A stretch of 64,000 bases of DNA from Candidatus Saccharibacteria bacterium RIFCSPHIGHO2_12_FULL_41_12 (GCA_001790445.1 MGCQ01000007.1:66608-130607); one strand, 5' to 3'; shown: positions 29,632 through 38,812, counted from the first letter of the stretch. A program made the numbers and translations. The notes: a model not told the origin generated them from the sequence alone.

Positions 29632-32600
29632 ATGGATGTTATGGCTAAGAAAACCACCGCAGTACCAAATGAGCCGAATGATGACCAGTCTTTACCGCAA
29701 AAAGTAAACCTGATACTTTTGCGTATCTTAAATGATGCCGCACCAGAGTTGGGGGATTATTACTTAGGGGCTCTACACACTCTCGCAAACACGTCTAACC
29801 CCGATAGAATTGCCCAGTCCGCACATAGTCTGCGTGAGCTGATACAGCAACTTCCAAGGCGACATAAAAAAGCCGCTACAAAAGTTACTCCACCCGGATT
29901 GCTTTCGGGAGCTTCGAATATTTATAAGACCCGTGATGTATGGAATTCGCTAACCATTGATGACTTCAACACCCCTACTGTTCGTCCTACGGACGTACAG
30001 GCGGAAACTAAGTATTACCGCGAATCAAAAAAGTTATGGGAGTTTATAAACAAATACTACCCTACGAACGAAGAAGAACGGCTGAGAATGGAGGCTGGGA
30101 TCAGGAAAGACACGCCCTTACCACCTAAGCTTCAAAAAATGAGGATGCAAGAATGGAGTAGGTATTACGCAAAGTTTGCAGATATTTCTCATCATGGCTC
30201 AACACCAACCGATGATTTTGACCAATTAGTAGAGTCATTTGAAGATTTTTTAATCAGAGAACTAGACCCACAAACAACAAAGGATTTTGCTGAAGTAGCG
30301 AAACTGATTAAAGAAATCGAGCAAGGTGACCAAAAGAACCTAGAGAAGTTGATGAAATTGGTGCGCTCAAATCGCCCAAACTACGACCACTTCTTCAACA
30401 ATATATCAGCTTCAGTATGGCTTGAAATTTTAGAAGCAAATAAGCTTTTAGATCATATAGACGAGCCTTACCCTGCGGAAGAAGGTGGATTCTATATTTT
30501 GCCGTGGGTTCCGGCAAATTACTATCAAAAAATAGCTAGAGAAAAACCTGATAAAATTATCAAGATATTAAAAGCTGTTATCGGCACCGAAAACGTCCGT
30601 GCTCAAGACCAGATACTTGAGATTGCGAAAGAGTTACCAAGCGATTCACTTGGGTTTATAGTCGCTCAACTTTCAAAATGGCTTAAGGGTAGATATGCGA
30701 ACCGTGGCCTAGTACCGTTTAGGGTTGGCGACCTTATTGTATATTTATGCGAGTCAGGTTATTTCGAACAGTCTATGATTGCATTCAAAGCACTCTTCGA
30801 GCTATTAGAACCTGAAGATAACGAAAGAAGTAAGTACTTCAGACATCCAGACACGCTAACATCGGACAGTTCTTACAAGACTTTGCTCCAACAAGTTCTG
30901 CCGAGTTTAATGAAAGTAAACCCAACAGAAACTGTTAAAGAGCTGTCCATTTTATTGAATGACGGGTTAACCATTGAACGAGAATCAGGCAAAGAAATAG
31001 ACGGAATTATTTATGACGGCTCTACTATTTGGCGACCTGATATTAAAACAAAACAGTACGATCATGAACCCTGCGATATATTGGTTACAGTTATTTATAA
31101 ATACGTGCATGAAATTGTCTCCTCCGAAGAAGAACTGGAGCAAATAGTCATTGAGCTTAGGAAATATAAATTTGAAGTATTCCACCGAATAGCTGCAACT
31201 TTGCTTGACGATGCTAAATCAGAAAAACTTAAAGCAATTAGAAAAGAGATAGTAGATAAAATTGGCGACCCAAGTAAGAAAGACTTTATCGTCAGGGAAT
31301 CAAATGTTATCCCTGCAATAACCGTTGATGATCTCAAAGAGCTCTCTGTTAAACAAATAATTGAAAAATTTAACAGCTGGGATCCAAAAGAGGAACTTCC
31401 TGGTTTTGGTAGGTCAAAATCTGATATTGGATTCGAGTTAAATAAATATCTGGCTGATAAGCCTGATGATGCTTTGACGTTTCTCAAAAGCGAGCTACCA
31501 ATTAACGATGAATACTTAAGCCATATATTTAGGGGCATTAGACAAGCTTCCGATAATAAGAAAATTAATATCAAATGGGAAGAGTTCATAAAATATGCCC
31601 AGAAATATATTTCATCCGCTAACGTAAGAAGCTCTACAGGTAATGAGCGTCAGAATCTCTTTGATCTTATTAATTCAATAGATTCTGGAATTAACCATGA
31701 TCACATAAAAATTCAAGATGTTAAAACTTTTGAAGATTTAGTTGCTATTTTCAGCTCATTAACAGATCACGTTGAACCGAGTTTAGAAGATGAAGATAAA
31801 TATACCAAGAGTTCTAGATCGGAAGCGGTTACTCTTGCGATAAACACCGTGAGAGGTGAAGCTGTCGGTGCGCTAATAGATATACTCAAAAATATATCTA
31901 GAAACAACAAGGAAGCATCCGCCATACCTAAAGAAAAGAAAGATGCGGTGTACGCAAAGCTTAAGGAAAAGCTGGACATAAAAAAAGAACCTACCCTAGC
32001 GGTTCGAACTGTATTTTCAAGAGAATTGCCGTTTTTAGCCTACGATAATCCAGAATGGGTAGCACAGAATCTTGAGCTGATTTTTCCACTCGATGAATCT
32101 AAGGCTAAGTATTTTGAAAATGCTATGGAAACATTCATAACGTTTACCAAAGTATTCCCCGAAGTATTTCCAGTCATTAACCCCTACTTAGTTGAATATA
32201 TGGATAGAATCAAAAAAGACGAAATTAAAAACCCGGATGAGAATACTGTCAATCATGTAGTGGGTCAAATCTTACTTATGCATATTGATAACTTTGTAGA
32301 TTTCGAAAATCCGGCAATGAAGAAGTTATTTGAAATGCCTGATGCCTTTCTTGAAGAAGTCATGGATTTCTTTGGTCGAGGTATCAAACAAACTGACGGC
32401 GACAGGCAAAAATTAATAATACATAAAGCTAAGAAATACTGGGAACAAAGACTAGCTAGTAAAAACGTTAAGGAATCTGAATATGCAAAGTTCGGCTGGT
32501 GGATGCGTGCTAATGCTACTGATGACTGGATAATTAAGCATTTTATCGATGCACTTTCTCATTCAGCTAAAATGGACGCATTATATTTTGTGGCAGACGA

Positions 32601-32835
32601 ATTGATTGTATTAGCAGAGACAGACCAAAGTAAAGCATCGAAAATATTTCTGGAAGTTGTTACAACTCAAGACAAAGACAACTTAAATCATATGCTCTAC
32701 ACGCCAGAGCTCTCGACGATGCTTAAAGAAATGCTTGCAAATGGAGGTACTGAAACTAAAAAAAATGCAACAAGGACTATCGATAAGCTTTGTGATATGG
32801 GCTATTACAATTATCAAGAACTGATCAGCTCTTGA
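29632..32835 (+). CDS. large hypothetical protein (1067 aa), predicted helical-repeat-like, no recognisable catalytic motif
   Basis: Uninterrupted 3.2-kb ORF, Lys/Glu/Leu-rich with amphipathic-helix character. I found no P-loop, nuclease or protease motif by eye. TATAAT at 29625-29630 lies 1 nt before the first ATG. Confidence 0.6.
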   Translation: MDVMAKKTTAVPNEPNDDQSLPQKVNLILLRILNDAAPELGDYYLGALHTLANTSNPDRIAQSAHSLRELIQQLPRRHKKAATKVTPPGLLSGASNIYKTRDVWNSLTIDDFNTPTVRPTDVQAETKYYRESKKLWEFINKYYPTNEEERLRMEAGIRKDTPLPPKLQKMRMQEWSRYYAKFADISHHGSTPTDDFDQLVESFEDFLIRELDPQTTKDFAEVAKLIKEIEQGDQKNLEKLMKLVRSNRPNYDHFFNNISASVWLEILEANKLLDHIDEPYPAEEGGFYILPWVPANYYQKIAREKPDKIIKILKAVIGTENVRAQDQILEIAKELPSDSLGFIVAQLSKWLKGRYANRGLVPFRVGDLIVYLCESGYFEQSMIAFKALFELLEPEDNERSKYFRHPDTLTSDSSYKTLLQQVLPSLMKVNPTETVKELSILLNDGLTIERESGKEIDGIIYDGSTIWRPDIKTKQYDHEPCDILVTVIYKYVHEIVSSEEELEQIVIELRKYKFEVFHRIAATLLDDAKSEKLKAIRKEIVDKIGDPSKKDFIVRESNVIPAITVDDLKELSVKQIIEKFNSWDPKEELPGFGRSKSDIGFELNKYLADKPDDALTFLKSELPINDEYLSHIFRGIRQASDNKKINIKWEEFIKYAQKYISSANVRSSTGNERQNLFDLINSIDSGINHDHIKIQDVKTFEDLVAIFSSLTDHVEPSLEDEDKYTKSSRSEAVTLAINTVRGEAVGALIDILKNISRNNKEASAIPKEKKDAVYAKLKEKLDIKKEPTLAVRTVFSRELPFLAYDNPEWVAQNLELIFPLDESKAKYFENAMETFITFTKVFPEVFPVINPYLVEYMDRIKKDEIKNPDENTVNHVVGQILLMHIDNFVDFENPAMKKLFEMPDAFLEEVMDFFGRGIKQTDGDRQKLIIHKAKKYWEQRLASKNVKESEYAKFGWWMRANATDDWIIKHFIDALSHSAKMDALYFVADELIVLAETDQSKASKIFLEVVTTQDKDNLNHMLYTPELSTMLKEMLANGGTETKKNATRTIDKLCDMGYYNYQELISS

Positions 32836-32860
32836 TTAAATATCCCTTAGGCTATACCAC

Positions 32861-33289
32861 TTATAAACTTGGTGGGGTTTGTGCTGCAACATCCGCAGAT
32901 ACTTCAGCTCTAAAAGCTTCAACCTGGTCGGCAAATTCATCGCCAAACGCACCTCGTGCGAGCTGAGTTGCCTGATAAACAGAAAACATTCGATACATTA
33001 CTGGAGGGTAATTAAGAACACTCGCAGGCATTGGTTCACCACCGAAACCGCTTACCCCTTTATTACAGTCATAGGCTAGAAGTTCAGTAGCCATAACAAA
33101 GCCCATAGGAACTACACCACCTTTAATACGGTCAGCCAAAAGAGTGGCTAAATCAACAGTAAGCCGATAGTCGCTCGTACCAAGTTCATCGCCCTCAGTA
33201 GCAACACGCTCTTGCAAGTGCGCCAAAAGCTGTTCGCCTGTTCCAACTAATCGATCTTCTTGTTCGCCACCGTTTAAATGTTCTGACAT
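32861..33289 (-). CDS. acidic hypothetical protein (142 aa), downstream partner of the 557-aa ORF
   Basis: Starts 22 nt after the stop of the 557-aa gene with AGGAGA upstream. No motif recognised. Confidence 0.5.
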   Translation of the reverse strand: MSEHLNGGEQEDRLVGTGEQLLAHLQERVATEGDELGTSDYRLTVDLATLLADRIKGGVVPMGFVMATELLAYDCNKGVSGFGGEPMPASVLNYPPVMYRMFSVYQATQLARGAFGDEFADQVEAFRAEVSADVAAQTPPSL

Positions 33290-33311
33290 ATTATCTCCTA
33301 TAAATTACTAA

Positions 33312-34985
33312 TTAAGCTGCACTTTGTTCTAGACGACTCATGTAAGTTCTAACAACAACGTCAGTTCTTTGAGTAGTAGCTTCATCAAATGGATCGCCAA
33401 CTGGTTCAACAACTATTCTGATTTTTGGTGTGTTTTTCTTACTATCGCTTGTACGTCTTACTTCTTTTGGTAGTGGACCCCAAACAGATGTACCATCATG
33501 ACCAAAGAAATTATCCAGATCAGCACTTGAGTCATAATCACGTCGTTCGGTTTCTAATATCACGCTTACGCCCGTAGCTTCGTCCTGCCATATTGCAGGT
33601 TGGCGACTACCATACTTACTGTATCGCTGATATTTTGCTTTTGGTGCATCGTCCTTATCACCTAAATAGTCTTCTAAGTAATCAGCAACGTCCTGTTCAC
33701 TCACAGGAATGCCTAATTTATCGCAAACTGCTTTTACATCTACAAAGAAGTAGCCATCGCGTTCGGTTTGGTTGACCGGAATCTCAATTGTAGCATTACG
33801 CAAACCACGCTTCATGCCTAGGGCACTAGCTAGTTGATCTTCAACTTGATCGCCTGCATAAGCAGCAGAAAGGGTTAATCCAACACCGTCTTTGGTAATT
33901 TCTACCTCGCCATTGGTTTTATGGAAGTGTCCAGCACCATCGTAGTCAAAACCAAAGTGGACGCTTTCACTGGTAGCTTTGGCTCTTTTCTTTTGTAGTT
34001 GGTTCCATTTGTCCTGAACCTTGCTAGTAATTCTATTACTAACGAACTCACGCATATCACCGCTACGAGCCGCTAACGAGAATAATGCTCCGCCTAGGCT
34101 GCCGTGTGCGTCTGCAAATGCTTTATCATTGTATTCAAGAGCGGTTTCGCCACCAGGCGTAGGGTAAGAACCGTCGCCATACATAACAAGTGCGTGCTCA
34201 AGTTGTTCAGGGTGAGCAAAGAGGATACCTTTTCTGTACTCCGAAACGTTAAAGTCGGTAATTTCCAGTTCTTTCGGGTCTAACTGCTCACGAGTTAAGG
34301 CAGAAATGCCATTCGGATTAGTCATAAGCCATTCTTCATAATTAGCCAAGTCAACAGTCATAGGTTCGCTGTCTTCACCTTGTACTTTCTGTGTACGAGT
34401 CATTTTGGCAGGAGTCTTACGACCTGCTTCATCTACTGTGTACTCAAAACGATCAGTTATTGTTGGCTCAATGTAGCCCCAAGTTAGGCGTTCTGTTAAA
34501 TAGCCTTCATTATCATAAGTAAGAAACTCTTGGTAGCGTGGGCGGTGTCTGTTGTACGAGTGTTCACCTTCAATAAGTTCAAACTTTACCATTCGTCCGT
34601 TAGCATCAAATTGATAGTTAATCCCGTCATAAAGTGGTGTGCTACCTTTAGCGTCAGTTTGTCCTTCATACGCACCAGTTGTGTATGTAAGACCTTCGCC
34701 ATCTTCCTTATAATGCCAAGGTAATCGACGTTTGTGTGGATTAGTAGCAAATATGTCGTGTATCTGGTTTTTTGTGGCTGGTTTGATAGGTTCTGAAAGA
34801 GCAGTAACGAGTTCAGGAAGAACTTCTGCCACAACTGCTTTGGTAGCCTCATCATGAAGCCTTAGAGGCCACATAGTATCACGAGGCATATTTATTTGAG
34901 GAAAGCGAGATTGAAGCGTAATAGCCTCGTCTACAAACTCACCGCCTTGAGGAAAACCTTCTGGATTTACACCTGATGTAGTCAT
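33312..34985 (-). CDS. hypothetical protein (557 aa) with a short YD-repeat-like segment
   Basis: Residues about 118-190 contain YQFDANGRMV, LTYDNEGYLTERL and FEYTVDEAGRKT, which resemble RHS/YD repeats. The rest is unassigned. No signal peptide. Confidence 0.5.
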   Translation of the reverse strand: MTTSGVNPEGFPQGGEFVDEAITLQSRFPQINMPRDTMWPLRLHDEATKAVVAEVLPELVTALSEPIKPATKNQIHDIFATNPHKRRLPWHYKEDGEGLTYTTGAYEGQTDAKGSTPLYDGINYQFDANGRMVKFELIEGEHSYNRHRPRYQEFLTYDNEGYLTERLTWGYIEPTITDRFEYTVDEAGRKTPAKMTRTQKVQGEDSEPMTVDLANYEEWLMTNPNGISALTREQLDPKELEITDFNVSEYRKGILFAHPEQLEHALVMYGDGSYPTPGGETALEYNDKAFADAHGSLGGALFSLAARSGDMREFVSNRITSKVQDKWNQLQKKRAKATSESVHFGFDYDGAGHFHKTNGEVEITKDGVGLTLSAAYAGDQVEDQLASALGMKRGLRNATIEIPVNQTERDGYFFVDVKAVCDKLGIPVSEQDVADYLEDYLGDKDDAPKAKYQRYSKYGSRQPAIWQDEATGVSVILETERRDYDSSADLDNFFGHDGTSVWGPLPKEVRRTSDSKKNTPKIRIVVEPVGDPFDEATTQRTDVVVRTYMSRLEQSAA

Positions 34986-35079
34986 AAGCGCATATAATAC
35001 TACAATATTAGATATTAGTCAATGATTTTTAGAAGTTATTTTTTGCGTTTAACAGTAGTCAAAAACGAAGTTCGGTTTT

Positions 35080-35271
35080 TTACTTCTGTTTTATATTCCT
35101 AACAGCAGCGATTGGGTCAAACTGTCCGCTTTGTACGGCGATTATATATTCGCGAGCAAGTCCACTAAGCTGGTCGATAAGTTCATCAACTTCCTCGTCT
35201 GTCATGTCTTTGGCTTCTTCGCCCATGATCTTACGAGCTTCTTCGACTGTAATTCTTGAATTAGAGTCCAT
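35080..35271 (-). CDS. small acidic hypothetical protein
   Basis: 63 aa. Overlaps the upstream DUF805-like gene by 11 nt. Confidence 0.35.
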   Translation of the reverse strand: MDSNSRITVEEARKIMGEEAKDMTDEEVDELIDQLSGLAREYIIAVQSGQFDPIAAVRNIKQK

Positions 35272-35668
35272 CGCTAAGAAAAGTTATAAATAAACCTGTT
35301 AGGTATGTCAGAAGAATAGCGATTACAACGATCAAGCCAATCCGCCATCCCTTAGCGCGAATGCCGAACATGTAGAATGCTTTGCTTGCATGTTCCGGCT
35401 TGCTAGGAGCAAAAAGGGCGTATGGCAGTAACAGGATTGTCGTCGGTGGAATTAACGCGAGTGTCCACCAACCGCTATGTCCGGTGTTTCGCAGTCGCCG
35501 AGCCGTCCAGATTATGATCGGAATAACGAGTATGAGGCTCAGTGGTTTTGCAAAGCCAGCAATAAACTCATCACTTCCGGCAACAGTATTGCAGAGCGCA
35601 AATGTTGGAAAAACAAACAGCATGGACGCTGTATATGATTTTGCATTCATGGTTGATACTTTTTTCAT
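35261..35668 (-). CDS. DUF805-like inner membrane protein
   Basis: ARRLRNTGHSGWW matches the DUF805 signature (RRLHD.G.SGWW). Three or four TM helices. AGGAGG SD. Confidence 0.6.
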   Translation of the reverse strand: MKKVSTMNAKSYTASMLFVFPTFALCNTVAGSDEFIAGFAKPLSLILVIPIIIWTARRLRNTGHSGWWTLALIPPTTILLLPYALFAPSKPEHASKAFYMFGIRAKGWRIGLIVVIAILLTYLTGLFITFLSDGL

Positions 35669-35915
35669 TCGGCCTCCTACTTGTTAAAAAGAGGCCAATT
35701 AAAAAAGGACAACCTCTCTAGATTGTCTAGACCAACACAGGTTGTAACCTATGCTTTCGAGAAGTTGCCCATTTTTGGTTACAACCAATCGAATATGATT
35801 GGGCTTTACAAGCCGTGTTGATCTAGACCCCTTAATCATATCAAGAAATGCTGTGAAAAAGGACTACTGTTATGAAATAACTGGACGAAAAACTATAATC
35901 ATTAACAGGTAAGTT

Positions 35916-36419
35916 ATGTCAAAACAGCATATATCTGATGAGGTGAAGATAGTTGAGATGCCGCAACAAGTGGCAGAAGCTCTACATGCTCAAATAATTG
36001 AAACAAAAAACATAGCTCTTGATTTAAAGAATCAGCTCGAGAAGATGCAAAACGATTTAAATACCGTAAAGAATATTGTCAAATCGACAAGTATTAGCAG
36101 GTCGGCATGGGTAAGGCTTAGGTATAATAAACGGCTTAGCGAGATAGTTGTTTCTGGGTATTATATTATGAAGTTCGAGAGTACCTTAGAGGGCGAACTA
36201 CTCCGTTACATGTTCACTAAGCGTGGCAAACCTTTAGATGACCGTTTTCAGTACTCCGAATTCATCAAGGAATTCAAGATAGCAGGCATAGAAAAATTAC
36301 ATAGTGCCAGAGCAATCAGTAAGATCGCATACAATTTAAGAGATCGATTCAGGAAAGAACTTGGGTACGATCAGCTACATGTTGACGCAAAAGAGTTCTA
36401 CTGGTTAAACGTACGCTAA
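35916..36419 (+). CDS. putative transcriptional regulator with C-terminal OmpR/CadC-like winged helix
   Basis: Coiled-coil N-terminus. The C-terminal pattern GELLRYMF..GKPL...ISKIAYNLRDRFRKEL...FYWLN resembles trans_reg_C wHTH domains. Confidence 0.45.
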   Translation: MSKQHISDEVKIVEMPQQVAEALHAQIIETKNIALDLKNQLEKMQNDLNTVKNIVKSTSISRSAWVRLRYNKRLSEIVVSGYYIMKFESTLEGELLRYMFTKRGKPLDDRFQYSEFIKEFKIAGIEKLHSARAISKIAYNLRDRFRKELGYDQLHVDAKEFYWLNVR

Positions 36420-36565
36420 CAGATGTAATTCTTGTCTGTATCTAATTCAGACAATGCTTTTGCTTTAATGCGTTTATGCAGGACAAGCCAAGTCAATTAA
36501 GCAAGTCAGAACTAGAGGCACTAGTTCAATTTTCCTGCTACTTGCAGAAATTGAAAGGTATGTAG

Positions 36566-37105
36566 ATGACATCTAGAAAATCAAATCAAACTAAAGGATT
36601 GCGACCAATGCAGCTCCGCTTTTTTAGTATGTTAGGAATGGAGAAGCCGAAGCCGATCCCGCCACAGCTAGCCCTAATATATGGATTTCCCCTAGCAGGG
36701 ATTATTTCTCAGCTACTATTTTGGTGGGGTTTAGAAAAAAGAGATGACGGGTTCATCTTCAAGACTGAAAAGGATTTTATATCAGAGCTCGGCATCACAT
36801 CAGCTCAGCAAAGGTTAGCAATAAAAAAAGGTAAAAAGCATGGTTTCCTTACTGTTAAGAGAATGGGCGTACCAGCAAAGAGGCATTACAAAATAGATTT
36901 TGATCTATTGGTCAAAACTACAATAAAAGAGGCTGCTGAAAAGAAAGTCACTTTGTCTATTAGCCATTACAATAACCGCGAAAAGGCCATGTCGCCTAAC
37001 GGTCAAAATAGCAGAACTACTACAGAAAGCACTCCAGAAAGCACGACTAGAAAAGGAAGTACTTTATCCACAGCCGACATAATAGCTAAGAAAATGGTAG
37101 AATGA
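36566..37105 (+). CDS. hypothetical protein, possible wHTH/replication-organiser-like
   Basis: FKTEKDFISELGITSAQQRLAIKKGKKHGFL looks like an HTH. Ser/Thr-rich tail. Assignment is weak. Confidence 0.4.
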   Translation: MTSRKSNQTKGLRPMQLRFFSMLGMEKPKPIPPQLALIYGFPLAGIISQLLFWWGLEKRDDGFIFKTEKDFISELGITSAQQRLAIKKGKKHGFLTVKRMGVPAKRHYKIDFDLLVKTTIKEAAEKKVTLSISHYNNREKAMSPNGQNSRTTTESTPESTTRKGSTLSTADIIAKKMVE

Positions 37106-37241
37106 AAAAGCTTTTCCGGTTTAAAACTATATCGCAGCGATTTTTTATTTCTGCTCTTAATGGGCGGTTGTGTTCAGAAAGACGCTGCAAAGTTGTTGGA
37201 CTGGAAAAGCCACAACCGTCCATTTTTAGTTAAGGAGTTTC

Positions 37242-38765
37242 ATGAAGGCAATAATATTGGCGAGAGTATCGACCAAAGACCAAGAGGATAACAACTCTAT
37301 ACCATCTCAAACACGCCGTCTTCATGAGTACGCTGAAAAGTTCGAACTTATTGTTCTCGAGACTTATCAACTCGTAGAATCCTCGACTAAAGCAAACCGC
37401 CGAAAGTTTAACGAGCTTATTAATCGAATAAGAGAATCTGATGAGAAAATAGCACTTATCGTAGATACGATTGATCGCTTGCAAAGAGATTTTCGCGAGT
37501 CGGTCATGTTAAATGAGCTACGACTTGAGGGCAAAATTGAGCTTCACTTTGTAAGAGAGAATCTGATTATCAATCAGGTATCGAACAGTGCGGATATTCT
37601 CCGTTGGGATATGGGGGTAATGTTTGCAAAAAGCTATGTAACCCAGCTAAGTGATAACGTCCGCCGTAGTTTTGAGCAAAAGCTGAAGAATGGCGAGTGG
37701 CTGGGAAGAGCACCGTTTGGCTATAGTAACGAAGACACGCCCGAGGGTAAAAAATCGATTGTGCCTGAACCAACACAGGCAAAGATAGTGGGAAGCATGT
37801 ACCAATGGTACGCAACTAGCTCATATTCTATGAAAGAGATTCGCAAGAAACTTATTGAAGATTACGGTCTAATCAAGTCTGTTAGCAATATAGATAAGAT
37901 CTTAAAGAATCCCTTTTACTATGGCGAGATGAAAATAAAGAATGAGTTGTACCCTCATAAGTACGAGCCTGTAATTACCCGAGGTATCTTCGATCAAGTC
38001 CAAGCTGTAAAAATCGGATTCAACAAGAAAGCTTTTAAGTATGCTGGAATCCCTTATTACTATCGAGGCCTAATGCAATGCGGCGATTGTGCTTGCAGTA
38101 TTACGCCAGAAAAGAGCAAAGGGCATACTTATTATCATTGTACGCAGTATAAGGGCAAGCACGGGGCTGCATATTTGCGAGAGGAAGACCTAACCGAGCA
38201 GTTGATGGTTGCTTTTGAGGCTATCAAGCTAACACCAGAACAATATGATGAAGTAACGACAGTTCTAAAAACCGTACATAAGGATAAGGTTAAATACAAA
38301 GCCCAGCATGTGGGGCATTTGCAAACAGAGCTAACGAAGTATCAGCAACGCCTTGAGAAATTATATGAATCGCACCTTGATAATGATATAGACCCAGAAT
38401 TCTATAAACGAAAGGCTATTGAATACAGGTCTACTCGTGATGCTATCAAGACAAAGCTAGATGCCACCGATAGAGCCGATGACGATTTCTATTTTGCAGT
38501 TGATGGGCTAATTCGAATGGCTCAAAGAGCACCTGAATTACTGGCACGTTCTGAAATGGAGCATAGGAGACGGCTTATTAACTTGGTACTTCAGAACCTT
38601 ACGGTCAAAGACAGAGAACTTCGGTGGGAGTACAGAAAACCGTTCGATACATTGTACCGAACGGCTAAAACTTCAAATTGGCTGGGGATGAGGGATTCGA
38701 ACCCCCGATGGCGGAACCAGAATCCGCTGCCTTACCACTTGGCCAATCCCCATCGACAAGAGTAA
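37242..38765 (+). CDS. large serine recombinase (integrase); the integrated form has its 3' end extended through the antisense of the tRNA
   Basis: Resolvase catalytic N-terminus AIILARVSTKDQ, a recombinase domain, a Cys-rich zinc ribbon (CGDCACS...YYHCTQY), and a coiled-coil region. The last 29 codons are antisense of tRNA-Gln. Confidence 0.9.
   Translation: MKAIILARVSTKDQEDNNSIPSQTRRLHEYAEKFELIVLETYQLVESSTKANRRKFNELINRIRESDEKIALIVDTIDRLQRDFRESVMLNELRLEGKIELHFVRENLIINQVSNSADILRWDMGVMFAKSYVTQLSDNVRRSFEQKLKNGEWLGRAPFGYSNEDTPEGKKSIVPEPTQAKIVGSMYQWYATSSYSMKEIRKKLIEDYGLIKSVSNIDKILKNPFYYGEMKIKNELYPHKYEPVITRGIFDQVQAVKIGFNKKAFKYAGIPYYYRGLMQCGDCACSITPEKSKGHTYYHCTQYKGKHGAAYLREEDLTEQLMVAFEAIKLTPEQYDEVTTVLKTVHKDKVKYKAQHVGHLQTELTKYQQRLEKLYESHLDNDIDPEFYKRKAIEYRSTRDAIKTKLDATDRADDDFYFAVDGLIRMAQRAPELLARSEMEHRRRLINLVLQNLTVKDRELRWEYRKPFDTLYRTAKTSNWLGMRDSNPRWRNQNPLPYHLANPHRQE
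38679..38752 (-). tRNA. tRNA-Gln (anticodon CUG), CCA encoded
   Basis: Hand-folded minus-strand sequence: TGGGGAT TG GCCAAGTGGTAAGGC A GCGGA TTCTGGT TCCGC CATC GGGGG TTCGAAT CCCTC ATCCCCA G CCA. It has a 7-bp acceptor with U1-A72 (typical of bacterial tRNA-Gln) and a TTCGAAT T-loop. Confidence 0.9.
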
Positions 38766-38812
38766 TTATATCAAAGAATGAGCCACATGGTACAATAAAT
38801 GCATTAACAATT

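Larger units (their letters stand above)
28123..38696. mobile_element. integrative island at the 3' end of tRNA-Gln, bounded by 18-nt direct repeats and carrying a large serine recombinase
   Basis: TGGCTGGGGATGAGGGAT occurs exactly at 28123 and 38679, with extra copies at 28801 and 28973. The recombinase gene abuts the tRNA-proximal end. Cargo ORFs are unassignable. Confidence 0.8.
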
